The translations under genes and the position numbers were made by a program. The notes beneath the pieces are model-generated. The model did no database searches, was not told where the DNA came from, and worked only from the letters and a program-made list of their open reading frames with translations. A stretch of DNA of 25,949 nt, taken from assembly GCA_929200335.1 (NCBI GenBank), contig CAKMZG010000010.1:1-25949 (forward strand), given 5' to 3'. Numbering within the stretch: position 1 is the first letter of the stretch; each line of letters opens with the position of its first letter. The DNA comes from an uncultured Alphaproteobacteria bacterium. GTDB lineage: Bacteria; Pseudomonadota; Alphaproteobacteria; Rhizobiales; Rhizobiaceae. Of the stretch, positions 17,883 to 25,949 are shown piece after piece.

Positions 17883-18170
17883 TTATTTTTTAGCGGATGA
17901 TTTGCCAGTTTTACCTTCAAGCGCATCAAGACGCGCCTCAAGTTCAACAATTTTGACTTCAAGACGGTCATTTTCAGAACGCGCCCGAATAGCCATCTCG
18001 CGCACAACATCAAAATCTTCGCGCTGCACCAAATCCATATTGGCTAAAAATTTATCAGCCTGCGCACCAAATGCGGTTTCTACTTCGCGCTTAACACCTT
18101 GAGCAGCACCAGCTGCGTCAGTCATTAATTTGGCAAAATCATCAAATATCTTATTGCTACCTTGAGACAT
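17883..18170 (-). CDS. ubiK: UbiK/BMFP-family accessory factor
   Basis: DDFAKLMTDAAGAAQG...DLVQREDFDVVREMA...ARSEN...LEARL coiled coil; AGGA upstream. Confidence 0.85.
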   Translation of the reverse strand: MSQGSNKIFDDFAKLMTDAAGAAQGVKREVETAFGAQADKFLANMDLVQREDFDVVREMAIRARSENDRLEVKIVELEARLDALEGKTGKSSAKK

Positions 18171-18341
18171 GGCTACATCCTGTGATCTGCATATTTTATG
18201 CGTTCGTTTTAAAAAGCCTTATAAAAGCCTTGAAAGGCTATACGTGTTATGTAAGAGCTTATGAAGATAATTGCAACGCGCGAGATGCCACATCTTAAAT
18301 TTAATTAATACGATTGACCAGATCGATATAGAAAGTTAAAA

Positions 18342-19172
18342 ATGCAAATTTTGCCACTCCTGATAAATTACCCAAACATTGATCCAATTTTAATTGAAGT
18401 GGGGCCGCTTGCTATTCGTTGGTATTCGCTAGCCTATATCTGCGGCATTTTAATTGGCTTTTATTATATTCTATCGCTCATAAAAAAGACGACACTCTGG
18501 GGCAACCAATCCCCTCCTCTAAGCCAAGAAAATATTGATGATTTCCTCCTATGGGCAACCCTTGGGGTTGTTTTAGGTGGACGCCTTGGCCATGTGTTAT
18601 TTTATGATTTCAATTATTACCTGCACCACCCACTTGAAATTTTTGCTGTTTGGCAAGGCGGCATGGCCTTTCACGGTGGCGCGCTTGGGGTATTAATTGC
18701 AGCCATATTATTCACGCGCCAAAAAGGCTTATCATTTTTCTCATTGATGGATTTGGTAAGCACCGCATCTTGCATTGGCCTTTTCTTTGGCCGTATTGCC
18801 AATTTCATTAATGGTGAACTATGGGGCAGACCAACCAATGTCGACTGGGCAATGGTTTTCCCAACAGCCGATGCGCAACCACGCCATCCCAGCCAACTTT
18901 ATGAAGCAGCACTAGAAGGCTTACTCCTCTTCATCATATTAAACATTTTAATCTTTGGCTTTAAGAAGTTGCGTCAACCCGGATTCATTGCCGGCACTTG
19001 GCTGATTGGTTACGCCATAGCAAGAATATTCTCTGAATTTTATCGCGTACCAGATTACGTACTTTCCACCTTCCTTGGTGATTGGCTAAGCATTGGCATG
19101 GCATTATCTATCCCTATGATCTTAATTGGGTTGTGGTCAATTTTTACTTCAAAACAACGTATAAAGCATTAA
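18342..19172 (+). CDS. lgt: Prolipoprotein diacylglyceryl transferase
   Basis: IRWYSLAY, GGRLGHV, GGMAFHGG, GRIANFINGELWGR, RHPSQLYEA. Confidence 0.98.
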   Translation: MQILPLLINYPNIDPILIEVGPLAIRWYSLAYICGILIGFYYILSLIKKTTLWGNQSPPLSQENIDDFLLWATLGVVLGGRLGHVLFYDFNYYLHHPLEIFAVWQGGMAFHGGALGVLIAAILFTRQKGLSFFSLMDLVSTASCIGLFFGRIANFINGELWGRPTNVDWAMVFPTADAQPRHPSQLYEAALEGLLLFIILNILIFGFKKLRQPGFIAGTWLIGYAIARIFSEFYRVPDYVLSTFLGDWLSIGMALSIPMILIGLWSIFTSKQRIKH

Positions 19173-19179
19173 AACATCC

Positions 19180-20268
19180 ATGACAGCTTCACTTTCAGAT
19201 CAGATTAAAAAGGAGATCCAGCGAGATGGCGCCATGCCCATTTCAACCTATATGGAGCGCTGCTTGTATGATCCTCATCAGGGCTACTATACCACGCGCA
19301 TAGTATTTGGCACAGAAGGGGATTTTGTTACCGCACCTGAAATTAGCCAAATTTTTGGTGAACTCATTGGCGCATGGGCAATGGACACATGGGTAAAACT
19401 TGGCAAGCCATCACCGTTTAATCTGATCGAAATGGGGCCAGGACGCGGTACGCTAATGAGCGATATGATCCGCAGTTTTAAGACCAATTCAAATTTTTCA
19501 TCTGCCGCGCAAATCAAACTGGTTGAAATCAGCGCAAATCTGAAGGACGCCCAGCAGAGAAAATTAAAAAATTGCGGCTTCAATATTGAATGGCACGAGG
19601 ATATTTCTACCTTACTAGATCAACCCTTTATTATCATCACCAATGAACTGTTAGATGCCCTGCCCTTTGAGCAATATGTAAAAACTCAAGATGGTTGGAT
19701 GATGCGCTGTGTTAATGCAATAGAAAACGATTTTTGCTTTACCACGAACAGCCAACATATTGATGAAAGTAACTTACCCAGTGATGCAGATAATCAACCC
19801 TTAGGCACAATTTTTGAAAAATCTGCCCCCCGCGAAAATTTGATCAAAACAATAGCATCAAAAATCGCAATCCAAACCAGCGCAGCCCTTATGATTGATT
19901 ATGGTCATGACAAATCTGGTTTTGGCGATACATTTCAAGCGCTAAAGGATAATAAATATTGTGAGGTATTAAGCCATCAAGGCCAAGAGGATTTAACCAA
20001 TCACGTTGATTTTGAGGCTCTATCAACCATCGCCGCCACACAAAAAATCAACCCTCATGAGATCATCACTCAAGGAGAATTTCTATTACGCCTTGGGCTT
20101 CTGGAGCGTGCAGGACAATTAGGCCATGGCAAACACCAAGCTCAGCAAAGGGCCATACGCCAAGCTGTTGAGCGCTTAGCCGGCAATGATCCCAATAAAC
20201 ATCAAATGGGCGATTTATTCAAAGCGCTCATCCTATCTCCAAAAGAAATTAGCCTTGCGCCTTTTTAA
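19180..20268 (+). CDS. MidA/NDUFAF7-family SAM-dependent methyltransferase
   Basis: GYY, GDFVTAPEISQIFGE, EMGPGRGTLM, NELLDALP, IDYG, DLTNHVDF, MGDLFK. Confidence 0.9.
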   Translation: MTASLSDQIKKEIQRDGAMPISTYMERCLYDPHQGYYTTRIVFGTEGDFVTAPEISQIFGELIGAWAMDTWVKLGKPSPFNLIEMGPGRGTLMSDMIRSFKTNSNFSSAAQIKLVEISANLKDAQQRKLKNCGFNIEWHEDISTLLDQPFIIITNELLDALPFEQYVKTQDGWMMRCVNAIENDFCFTTNSQHIDESNLPSDADNQPLGTIFEKSAPRENLIKTIASKIAIQTSAALMIDYGHDKSGFGDTFQALKDNKYCEVLSHQGQEDLTNHVDFEALSTIAATQKINPHEIITQGEFLLRLGLLERAGQLGHGKHQAQQRAIRQAVERLAGNDPNKHQMGDLFKALILSPKEISLAPF

Positions 20269-20332
20269 GAATAAATTCATACTCATCAACTAACGAATAC
20301 CCCAATAACTACAGTAGAGATTTTATAGCGCC

Positions 20333-21139
20333 ATGGTTGAAAAGCATAAACCCCAAATTTTCAAAAGCGACAGATTAAGCAAAGTCGGATCCCATATCAA
20401 ACATGGTTTTTTTGGTCGTGGTGGTGGTGTCTCCAAGGGCATTTATCAAAGCCTTAATGTTGGAGTGGGCTCAAATGACGATCAAGTACTGGTTAAACAA
20501 AACCGCGCTCTCGTTGCTGAAAGTCTAGGCGTACCATCAGATCATTTAGTGACCGTTCATCAAGTACATTCAAAAATTGCTGTTAGCATATCTGATCCAT
20601 GGGATGCCAATGCATGGGATAACAATCGCCCTAAAGCAGATGCCATTGTCACCAATATTGAAAATCTAGCCATTGGTGCATTAACGGCAGATTGTGGCCC
20701 CGTATTATTTGCTGATGGCAATGCTAATGTTATTGCTGCCGCCCATGCAGGTTGGCGCGGGGCATTTGGTGGCATATTAGAAAGTACCATTGAAGCCATG
20801 GAAAAATTAGGCTCACAACGCGAGAACATCATTGCCACTCTAGGGCCTTGCATCTCGCAGGAATCCTATGAAGTTGGCGCTGAGTTTTACGAGACCTTCA
20901 TCAAGGAAAATAAAACCAATGCTCAACATTTCATACCGTCTAAAAAAGAAAAATTTCACCAATTTGATTTAAAGACCTATATCGTACAGCGATTAATAAA
21001 TGCTGGCATTCAAGCTGATGCCATGCCACAATGCACATACAAACAAATGGATGATTTTTTTTCATACCGTAAAACTACACATAACAATGAAGCAGACTAT
21101 GGGCGACAAATCTCTTGCATAGCAATTAATTCAATTTAA
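20333..21139 (+). CDS. pgeF: PgeF/YfiH (peptidoglycan editing factor / purine nucleoside phosphorylase)
   Basis: HGFFGR.GGVS, QVHS, ADAIVT, TADCGPV, HAGWRG, GPCISQESYEV, FFSYR. Confidence 0.93.
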   Translation: MVEKHKPQIFKSDRLSKVGSHIKHGFFGRGGGVSKGIYQSLNVGVGSNDDQVLVKQNRALVAESLGVPSDHLVTVHQVHSKIAVSISDPWDANAWDNNRPKADAIVTNIENLAIGALTADCGPVLFADGNANVIAAAHAGWRGAFGGILESTIEAMEKLGSQRENIIATLGPCISQESYEVGAEFYETFIKENKTNAQHFIPSKKEKFHQFDLKTYIVQRLINAGIQADAMPQCTYKQMDDFFSYRKTTHNNEADYGRQISCIAINSI

Positions 21140-21172
21140 AGAGGTTTGTCCACCACTACTAAAGGATTTAGA

Positions 21173-22342
21173 ATGGCATTTCACTTTGATGAAGCTGAAT
21201 TTCAAAACCGCATAGAACAACTTCAAGCTAAAATGGCAGAGGAAAAACTTGATGCAATGCTGCTGTTTGCGCAAGAAAGCATGTATTGGCTAACCGGCTA
21301 TGATACCTTTGGCTCCTGCTTCTTCCAATGCCTTGTATTCAAAGCCGATGGCACCATGCATCTCTTAACCAGAGCACCAGATCTTCGTCAGGCTCAACAT
21401 ACCTCCAGTATAAAAAACATCACCCTATGGATGGATCACTCCCAAGCTGTGCCCATGGTGCGATTAAGCGAAATTCTAGATGGTATGGATTTATTGGGGG
21501 CTTCTATCGGGGTAGAATATAATTGCCATGGATTAAATGCGCACTATGGCCGCTTGCTGGATAATCAATTGTCTAGCTTTGCTCGCTTGAGTGATGCATC
21601 GACTCTTGTTTCAAGTCTGCGCATGATAAAATCAAAGACAGAAATCAAATATGTTAAAAAAGCTGCAAAGCTCGCTGATGATGCTCTTGATGCAGCATTG
21701 GAACTCATCCACCCCGGCGCTAATGAGGCTGATATTCTTGCCGCAATGCAAAGTGCAGTATTCTCACAAGGGGGCGATTATCCAGGAAATGAATTCATCA
21801 TTGGTTCAGGCCATGATGCCCTACTCTGCCGATATAAAGCAGGGCGACGCAAACTCTCCAAGAATGATCAATTAACCTTAGAGTGGGCTGGCGCTTGGGC
21901 GCATTACCATGCCGCAATGATGCGCACGGCTATCATAGGAAAGCCAAGCGACCGCCATTTGGAGCTATATGAAGCAGCACTAGCAGCATTAAAAGCAACT
22001 GAGGAGGCAATGGTTGTAGGAGGAGAGACCCCAAATACATTTGGCGATGTATTCAATGCACATGCCCAAGTTTTGGATAATTTGGGACTTGCAAAATATC
22101 GCCTTAATGCCTGCGGCTATTGTATGGGTGCAAAGTTCGCCCCTAGCTGGATGGACTATCCTATGTTCTATGCGGATAATAGTGTTGAAATTGTTGAGAA
22201 TATGACTCTATTTATCCACATCATCATCATGGATGATGATCAAGATTGCGCAATGACATTAGGACAAAGCTATCTCACCAAAAAAGGCAAGCCGGAATCG
22301 CTTTCACGCCATGGGTTAGAGCTGATTATTTGCCCAGATTAA
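21173..22342 (+). CDS. M24/creatinase-fold protein (DoeA/creatinase-like), metal ligands degenerate
   Basis: Creatinase_N-like start (F..RI...M...LDAMLL...YWLTGY), linker LRMIKS..EI, pita-bread region YHAAMMRT. ATG 21173 has AAAGGA upstream; the track used TTG 21146. Confidence 0.82.
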   Translation: MAFHFDEAEFQNRIEQLQAKMAEEKLDAMLLFAQESMYWLTGYDTFGSCFFQCLVFKADGTMHLLTRAPDLRQAQHTSSIKNITLWMDHSQAVPMVRLSEILDGMDLLGASIGVEYNCHGLNAHYGRLLDNQLSSFARLSDASTLVSSLRMIKSKTEIKYVKKAAKLADDALDAALELIHPGANEADILAAMQSAVFSQGGDYPGNEFIIGSGHDALLCRYKAGRRKLSKNDQLTLEWAGAWAHYHAAMMRTAIIGKPSDRHLELYEAALAALKATEEAMVVGGETPNTFGDVFNAHAQVLDNLGLAKYRLNACGYCMGAKFAPSWMDYPMFYADNSVEIVENMTLFIHIIIMDDDQDCAMTLGQSYLTKKGKPESLSRHGLELIICPD

Positions 22343-22485
22343 ATAAATGACTAAGTAAATGGCTAAATGATTGGCTGAGTGGCTGGTTTACAAAAACAGC
22401 ATTTGTCTATAGAACCATTTTGCCCTACATATTTTGCAACATATGTAGGGCAATTTTTAAAAAGCATTATAATGGTGGGGTTTCC

Positions 22486-23025
22486 ATGCGGGGATTACAA
22501 TTTTTAATTTTAAGTTTAGCACTGTGTTTAATATTACCACTTGCTGGTTGTAACACTGCCCTAAACAGTGGCCTTAACAATGGAGCTCAGACAAACAATT
22601 CCAAGTCCCAACAATCTAGCGAGAATACGCAAGTAGCAACAGCTAACGCAGCTGTGACCGAGGCGCGTTATAAATTACATTTCTTGCCCGTTACAGGTGC
22701 GCCAGCTAACCACGTTTCTACATTATCAAAAGCGCTACAATCCCAAGCCATTCAAAATAAAGTGGTAATGGTGAGCGCTAATCAAGGAGAGCGCTATAGG
22801 GTTAAAGGTTTTTTCTCAGCCTTTGACGATGGCAATGGCACTCTCGTTGTTTATGTTTGGGATATTTTAGACGCCAATAATCAGCGCAAGCACCGCATTA
22901 ATGGCCAACAAAAAATCAACAAATCTTCAAGCTATGCATGGAATGCAGTAGATGCCAGCGTAATAACAAACATTGGCAAAAGCTCAATGCAACGCCTAGA
23001 TGCTTGGGTGAGCAAACAACGATAA
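22486..23025 (+). CDS. Hypothetical lipoprotein
   Basis: ATG 22486 gives MRGLQFLILSLALCLILPLAGC with lipobox LAGC, an N/S/Q-rich linker, then a globular domain (YRVKGFFSA...VYVWDILDA...HRING). Confidence 0.8.
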   Translation: MRGLQFLILSLALCLILPLAGCNTALNSGLNNGAQTNNSKSQQSSENTQVATANAAVTEARYKLHFLPVTGAPANHVSTLSKALQSQAIQNKVVMVSANQGERYRVKGFFSAFDDGNGTLVVYVWDILDANNQRKHRINGQQKINKSSSYAWNAVDASVITNIGKSSMQRLDAWVSKQR

Positions 23026-23098
23026 GCGAAAAAATCATAAATTTTAGAAATTGACTGATGTTTTTATTAAAAAAATGGGTGTAAATTAAAATTGCCCT

Positions 23099-23127
23099 TT
23101 GCAATCTGCGTTAACCGTTGGTAAGAC
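23099..23127 (+). promoter_or_regulatory. Putative sigma70 promoter of prs
   Basis: TTGCAA (23099-23104)-N17-TAAGAC (23122-23127). Confidence 0.45.
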
Positions 23128-23217
23128 ACCCCTGTAATTAGAAGTTTAGAGAAAATCTCAAACACCACTCAACGCCAAAGCGGCTGATGCCGTTACAGCC
23201 AAATGTTGGAAGCAAAC

Positions 23218-24150
23218 ATGAAACTTTTTGCAGGAAACTCCAACCGAATTGTCAGCGAAAAAATTGCCGAATATCTTGGCACACCTCTTGGAAAAGCAGT
23301 CGTACGTCGTTTTGCTGATCAAGAAATTTTTGTTGAAATTCAGGAGAATGTGCGCGGTGAAGATGTCTTCATCATTCAATCCACTTCATATCCAGCCAAT
23401 GATCATCTGATGGAATTGTTGATCATGATTGATGCCTTGCGCCGCTCATCAGCTAGACGTATCACAGCCGTACTGCCTTATTTCGGCTATGCTCGTCAGG
23501 ATAGAAAGCCAGGGCCAAGAACTCCAATTTCAGCCAAACTGGTTGCAAATTTGATTACCAAAGCGGGTGCTGATCGGGTACTAACCCTTGATCTCCATGC
23601 GGGACAAATCCAAGGTTTCTTCGATATTCCAACGGATAACCTTTATGCTGTTCCAGTATTTTCACGCGATGTTAAAGCCCATTACAACTTAGAGAACACT
23701 ATGGTGGTTTCTCCTGATGTTGGTGGCGTAGTTCGTGCACGCTCATTGGCAAAACGCATTGATAGTCTACTGTCTATCGTTGATAAACGCCGTGATAAGC
23801 CTGGTGAATCTAAAGTGATGAACGTGATCGGCGATGTTACAGGTAAGGATTGCCTACTTATTGATGATATCATTGATAGTGGCGGCACACTTTGTAATGC
23901 AGCGGAAGCCTTGCTTGATCAGGGCGCTACATCCGTGACCGCCTATATCACCCATGGGGTGCTTTCAGGAGGAGCCGTATCTCGCATCATGGCCTCAAAA
24001 CTTAAAGAGCTGGTGATTACCGATAGTATTCAGCCTACAAGCGCTGTAAATGCAGCGCCAAATATCCGGGTAGTAACTATCGCCGACCTTTTAGCTGAAG
24101 CAATTAATCGCACAGCCATGGAAAAATCCGTATCAAGTCTATTCGATTAG
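23218..24150 (+). CDS. prs: Ribose-phosphate pyrophosphokinase
   Basis: [53 protein letters not shown]; ATG 23218 has GGAAG upstream. Confidence 0.98.
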   Translation: MKLFAGNSNRIVSEKIAEYLGTPLGKAVVRRFADQEIFVEIQENVRGEDVFIIQSTSYPANDHLMELLIMIDALRRSSARRITAVLPYFGYARQDRKPGPRTPISAKLVANLITKAGADRVLTLDLHAGQIQGFFDIPTDNLYAVPVFSRDVKAHYNLENTMVVSPDVGGVVRARSLAKRIDSLLSIVDKRRDKPGESKVMNVIGDVTGKDCLLIDDIIDSGGTLCNAAEALLDQGATSVTAYITHGVLSGGAVSRIMASKLKELVITDSIQPTSAVNAAPNIRVVTIADLLAEAINRTAMEKSVSSLFD

Positions 24151-24197
24151 GCCTAATTCGTTCTTATTGGCGCGGATAAAATATCAATACAAATTAC

Positions 24198-24226
24198 TTG
24201 CCTTGTAGGGGACTATCCCCTATAAG
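24198..24226 (+). promoter_or_regulatory. Putative sigma70 promoter of rplY-pth, spanned by a 12-bp inverted repeat
   Basis: TTGCCT (24198-24203)-N17-TATAAG (24221-24226); inverted repeat CCTTGTAGGGGA-CTA-TCCCCTATAAGG at 24201-24227. Confidence 0.65.
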
Positions 24227-24233
24227 GCCAGCA

Positions 24234-24262
24234 CCACGCCGACACCCCTGGAGGGAGCGTGG
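24234..24262 (+). other. Candidate stem-loop in the rplY 5' leader
   Basis: GC-rich island in an AT-rich spacer: outer stem CCACGC/GCGTGG, inner stem CCC/GGG closing a CTGGA/TGGA loop. Confidence 0.45.
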
Positions 24263-24346
24263 CCAAGATTATGGATATTCTATTTATAATTTTGAATTTT
24301 GGATCATCTGATCCACAACCTTAAAACAAGCACTTAGGAGACTTTT

Positions 24347-24991
24347 ATGGCTAAAAATCTACAGCTTAAAGCCGAAGTGCGTGATCGGGTTGGCAAGGGG
24401 GCCTCTCGGGAACTACGCCGTAATGGCATGATTCCAGCAGTCATCTATGGTGACAAAAAAGAGCCTCTTTCCATCGCCCTACCACGCAAAGAAATGACTC
24501 AATTGATCCAAGCAGGTGGTTTTATGACTCACCTAACTGACATTGAAGTTGGTGGCGAAAAACATACCGTTATCGCGAAAGATGTTCAATTTGAACCAGT
24601 TCGTGACTTCTTGGTACACATCGATTACGTACGTGTAGCTAAAGGCGCTAAACTTGTTGTTGAAGTTCCAGTACACTTTGAAGGCGAAGACAACTGTCAA
24701 GGCCTTAAAGATGGCGGCGTGTTAAACACAGTTCGTCACTCAGTGGAAGTGGAAGCACCAGCAACCTCTATCCCAGAGAGCTTTACAATTAATCTTGAAG
24801 GCTTCAACTTGGGTGATTCAATTAACGTTTCAGCGGTTGATATGCCAGAAGGCGTTGTGCCAACCATTACAGACCGTGACTTCACGATTGCTACAATCGC
24901 AGCACCTGCTGCATTGAAATCTGAAGAGTCTGAGGAAGCTGACACAGCCGCTGAAGACGAAGCAGCTGAAGAAAGCAAAGACGAAGAATAA
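24347..24991 (+). CDS. rplY: 50S ribosomal protein L25 / general stress protein Ctc (long form)
   Basis: GKGASRELRRNGMIPAVIYG, KDVQFEP, HIDY, VEVPVHF, acidic C-terminal tail; AGGAG upstream. Confidence 0.97.
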   Translation: MAKNLQLKAEVRDRVGKGASRELRRNGMIPAVIYGDKKEPLSIALPRKEMTQLIQAGGFMTHLTDIEVGGEKHTVIAKDVQFEPVRDFLVHIDYVRVAKGAKLVVEVPVHFEGEDNCQGLKDGGVLNTVRHSVEVEAPATSIPESFTINLEGFNLGDSINVSAVDMPEGVVPTITDRDFTIATIAAPAALKSEESEEADTAAEDEAAEESKDEE

Positions 24992-25035
24992 GGCTTTGCT
25001 TATTGTCGTAAGACAGATTGAGAAAGGACACCACC

Positions 25036-25770
25036 ATGCTCATTATAGCGGGTTTAGGTAATCCAGGTTCTCAATATGCAGGCAATCGACATAATATTGG
25101 ATTTATGGCGGTGGATGCGATTGCACACCGCCATAATTTTTCGCCTTGGCGCAAGAAATTCCAAGCCGAAATATGTGATGGCACCATTGATGGTGAAAAA
25201 TGCCTCCTCCTAAAACCTCAAACCTACATGAATGAAAGCGGACGCTCGCTTGCTGAGGTTAAAAAATTCTATAAAGTTCAAAATTCAAACATCGTGGTTA
25301 TTCATGATGAGCTGGACATTCCCCCTGCAAAAGTCAAAATGAAAATTGGCGGCGGCCATGGTGGTCACAATGGTCTACGTTCATGCGATGCACATATTGG
25401 CAAAGATTACCGCCGCATGCGTCTGGGCATAGGACATCCCGGTGATAAATCTCGTGTTCACAACCATGTTCTGGGGGATTTTGCCAAAGCTGACCAAGAC
25501 TGGCTGGACGACCTTAATCGCGCCATTGCAGATAATGCTAACCTGCTTACAAAGGGCGATGACAGCACTTTTATGAATAAAGTACATCTGGCAACTCACG
25601 GAAAAGCCACTAATAGCAAAACCACTAGTGGCAAAACTGCAATTGCTGGTGTATCAAAAGCGGCTCCTAAAAAACAAAGCCATATCCGCCAAGCCCGTAA
25701 CCATGCTCAAAAACCTAAACCCACTGGCCCTATGGCAGATATGCTAAAGAAACTACTGGGTAAGGATTAA
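25036..25770 (+). CDS. pth: Peptidyl-tRNA hydrolase with C-terminal extension
   Basis: [48 protein letters not shown]; ATG 25036 has AAAGGA upstream. Confidence 0.97.
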   Translation: MLIIAGLGNPGSQYAGNRHNIGFMAVDAIAHRHNFSPWRKKFQAEICDGTIDGEKCLLLKPQTYMNESGRSLAEVKKFYKVQNSNIVVIHDELDIPPAKVKMKIGGGHGGHNGLRSCDAHIGKDYRRMRLGIGHPGDKSRVHNHVLGDFAKADQDWLDDLNRAIADNANLLTKGDDSTFMNKVHLATHGKATNSKTTSGKTAIAGVSKAAPKKQSHIRQARNHAQKPKPTGPMADMLKKLLGKD

Positions 25771-25808
25771 CGCGTGTAGTTTAACCTTTTAAATTGGGGG
25801 GCTAAGCT

Positions 25809-25949
25809 TCATTGCACCGAAATTACCTGTCTATTCTTGTCTGCCAATCCAATCAGTAGGTAATTGCCAAAGTTATCGAATTTAAACACCCCGTATTTTG
25901 CTTCTTCATAATATTTTGCATGGCCTTCCTCAAAGAAAAAGGAATCTGG
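25809..25949 (-). CDS. 3' end of a GDYXXLXY-family-like protein (partial, convergent on pth)
   Basis: Hand translation from the right edge: PDSFFFEEGHAKYYEEAKYGVFKFDNFGNYLLIGLADKNRQVISVQ*. This resembles the FFxEG..A..YE.A.YG.F..D..G..LL.GL.D C-terminus of that family as I recall it; only 46 aa are visible. Confidence 0.65.
   Translation of the reverse strand, partial: PDSFFFEEGHAKYYEEAKYGVFKFDNFGNYLLIGLADKNRQVISVQ

Noticed and set aside
23144-23163. Irr/ICE-like palindrome TTTAGAG-AAA-ATCTCAA upstream of prs
   Set aside because: Three mismatches to TTTAGAA-N3-TTCTAAA in AT-rich DNA and no iron-related gene; more simply a weak leader hairpin.
24309-24317. Single TGATCCACA DnaA-box-like 9-mer in the rplY leader
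   Set aside because: An isolated match with no supporting cluster is expected occasionally by chance.
24987-25015. Small hairpins between rplY and pth (AATAAG/CTTATT; TGTC-GTAA-GACA)
   Set aside because: The stems are too short and have no U-tract, so they cannot be called terminators.
528-25599. The many 60-113 aa ORFs in the track that overlap longer genes (e.g. 528-758, 1161-1439, 1989-2330, 5168-5359, 7562-7852, 12659-13015, 19287-19583, 20560-20853)
   Set aside because: They are antisense or off-frame shadows of genes with clear family motifs and have no recognisable motifs of their own. 5168-5359 overlaps the real rpmH in another frame.
1-25949. CRISPR array, IS/transposase, integrase, prophage, tRNA or rRNA
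   Set aside because: I saw no regularly spaced repeats, terminal inverted repeats, mobile-element proteins or RNA-gene signatures, and the spacers are short and accounted for.

Overview
A gene-dense, AT-rich chromosomal window (roughly 40% GC by eye) from an alphaproteobacterium. The gene order looks like Hyphomicrobiales/Rhizobiales; that placement is an inference. Most of it is housekeeping: rpmH-rnpA-yidC-engB-pncA-argB-HAD nucleotidase; a MarR/OmpR/EnvZ-like trio divergent from ilvE-MBL hydrolase-UPF0126; ubiK, ybjN-like-proC-csaA; lgt-midA-like-pgeF-M24-fold hydrolase-lipoprotein-prs-rplY-pth. Three genes missing from the ORF track were recovered by hand: a histidine kinase cut by the left edge (1-1414, minus), rpmH (5140-5274) and the 3' end of a GDYXXLXY-like gene (25809-25949, minus). 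The best candidate for an undescribed system is the minus-strand cassette DUF547 - DedA/TVP38 - MerA-like flavin disulfide reductase - histidine kinase, in which each of the first three proteins carries one close cysteine pair. Other leads are a GANTC/DnaA-box cluster upstream of the ybjN-like gene, a perfect palindrome over the ilvE promoter, a structured rplY promoter and leader, an M24-fold protein lacking metal ligands, and a Pth C-terminal tail. I saw no rRNA, tRNA, CRISPR array, transposase or integrase. All family calls come from motif recognition by eye, not from database searches.
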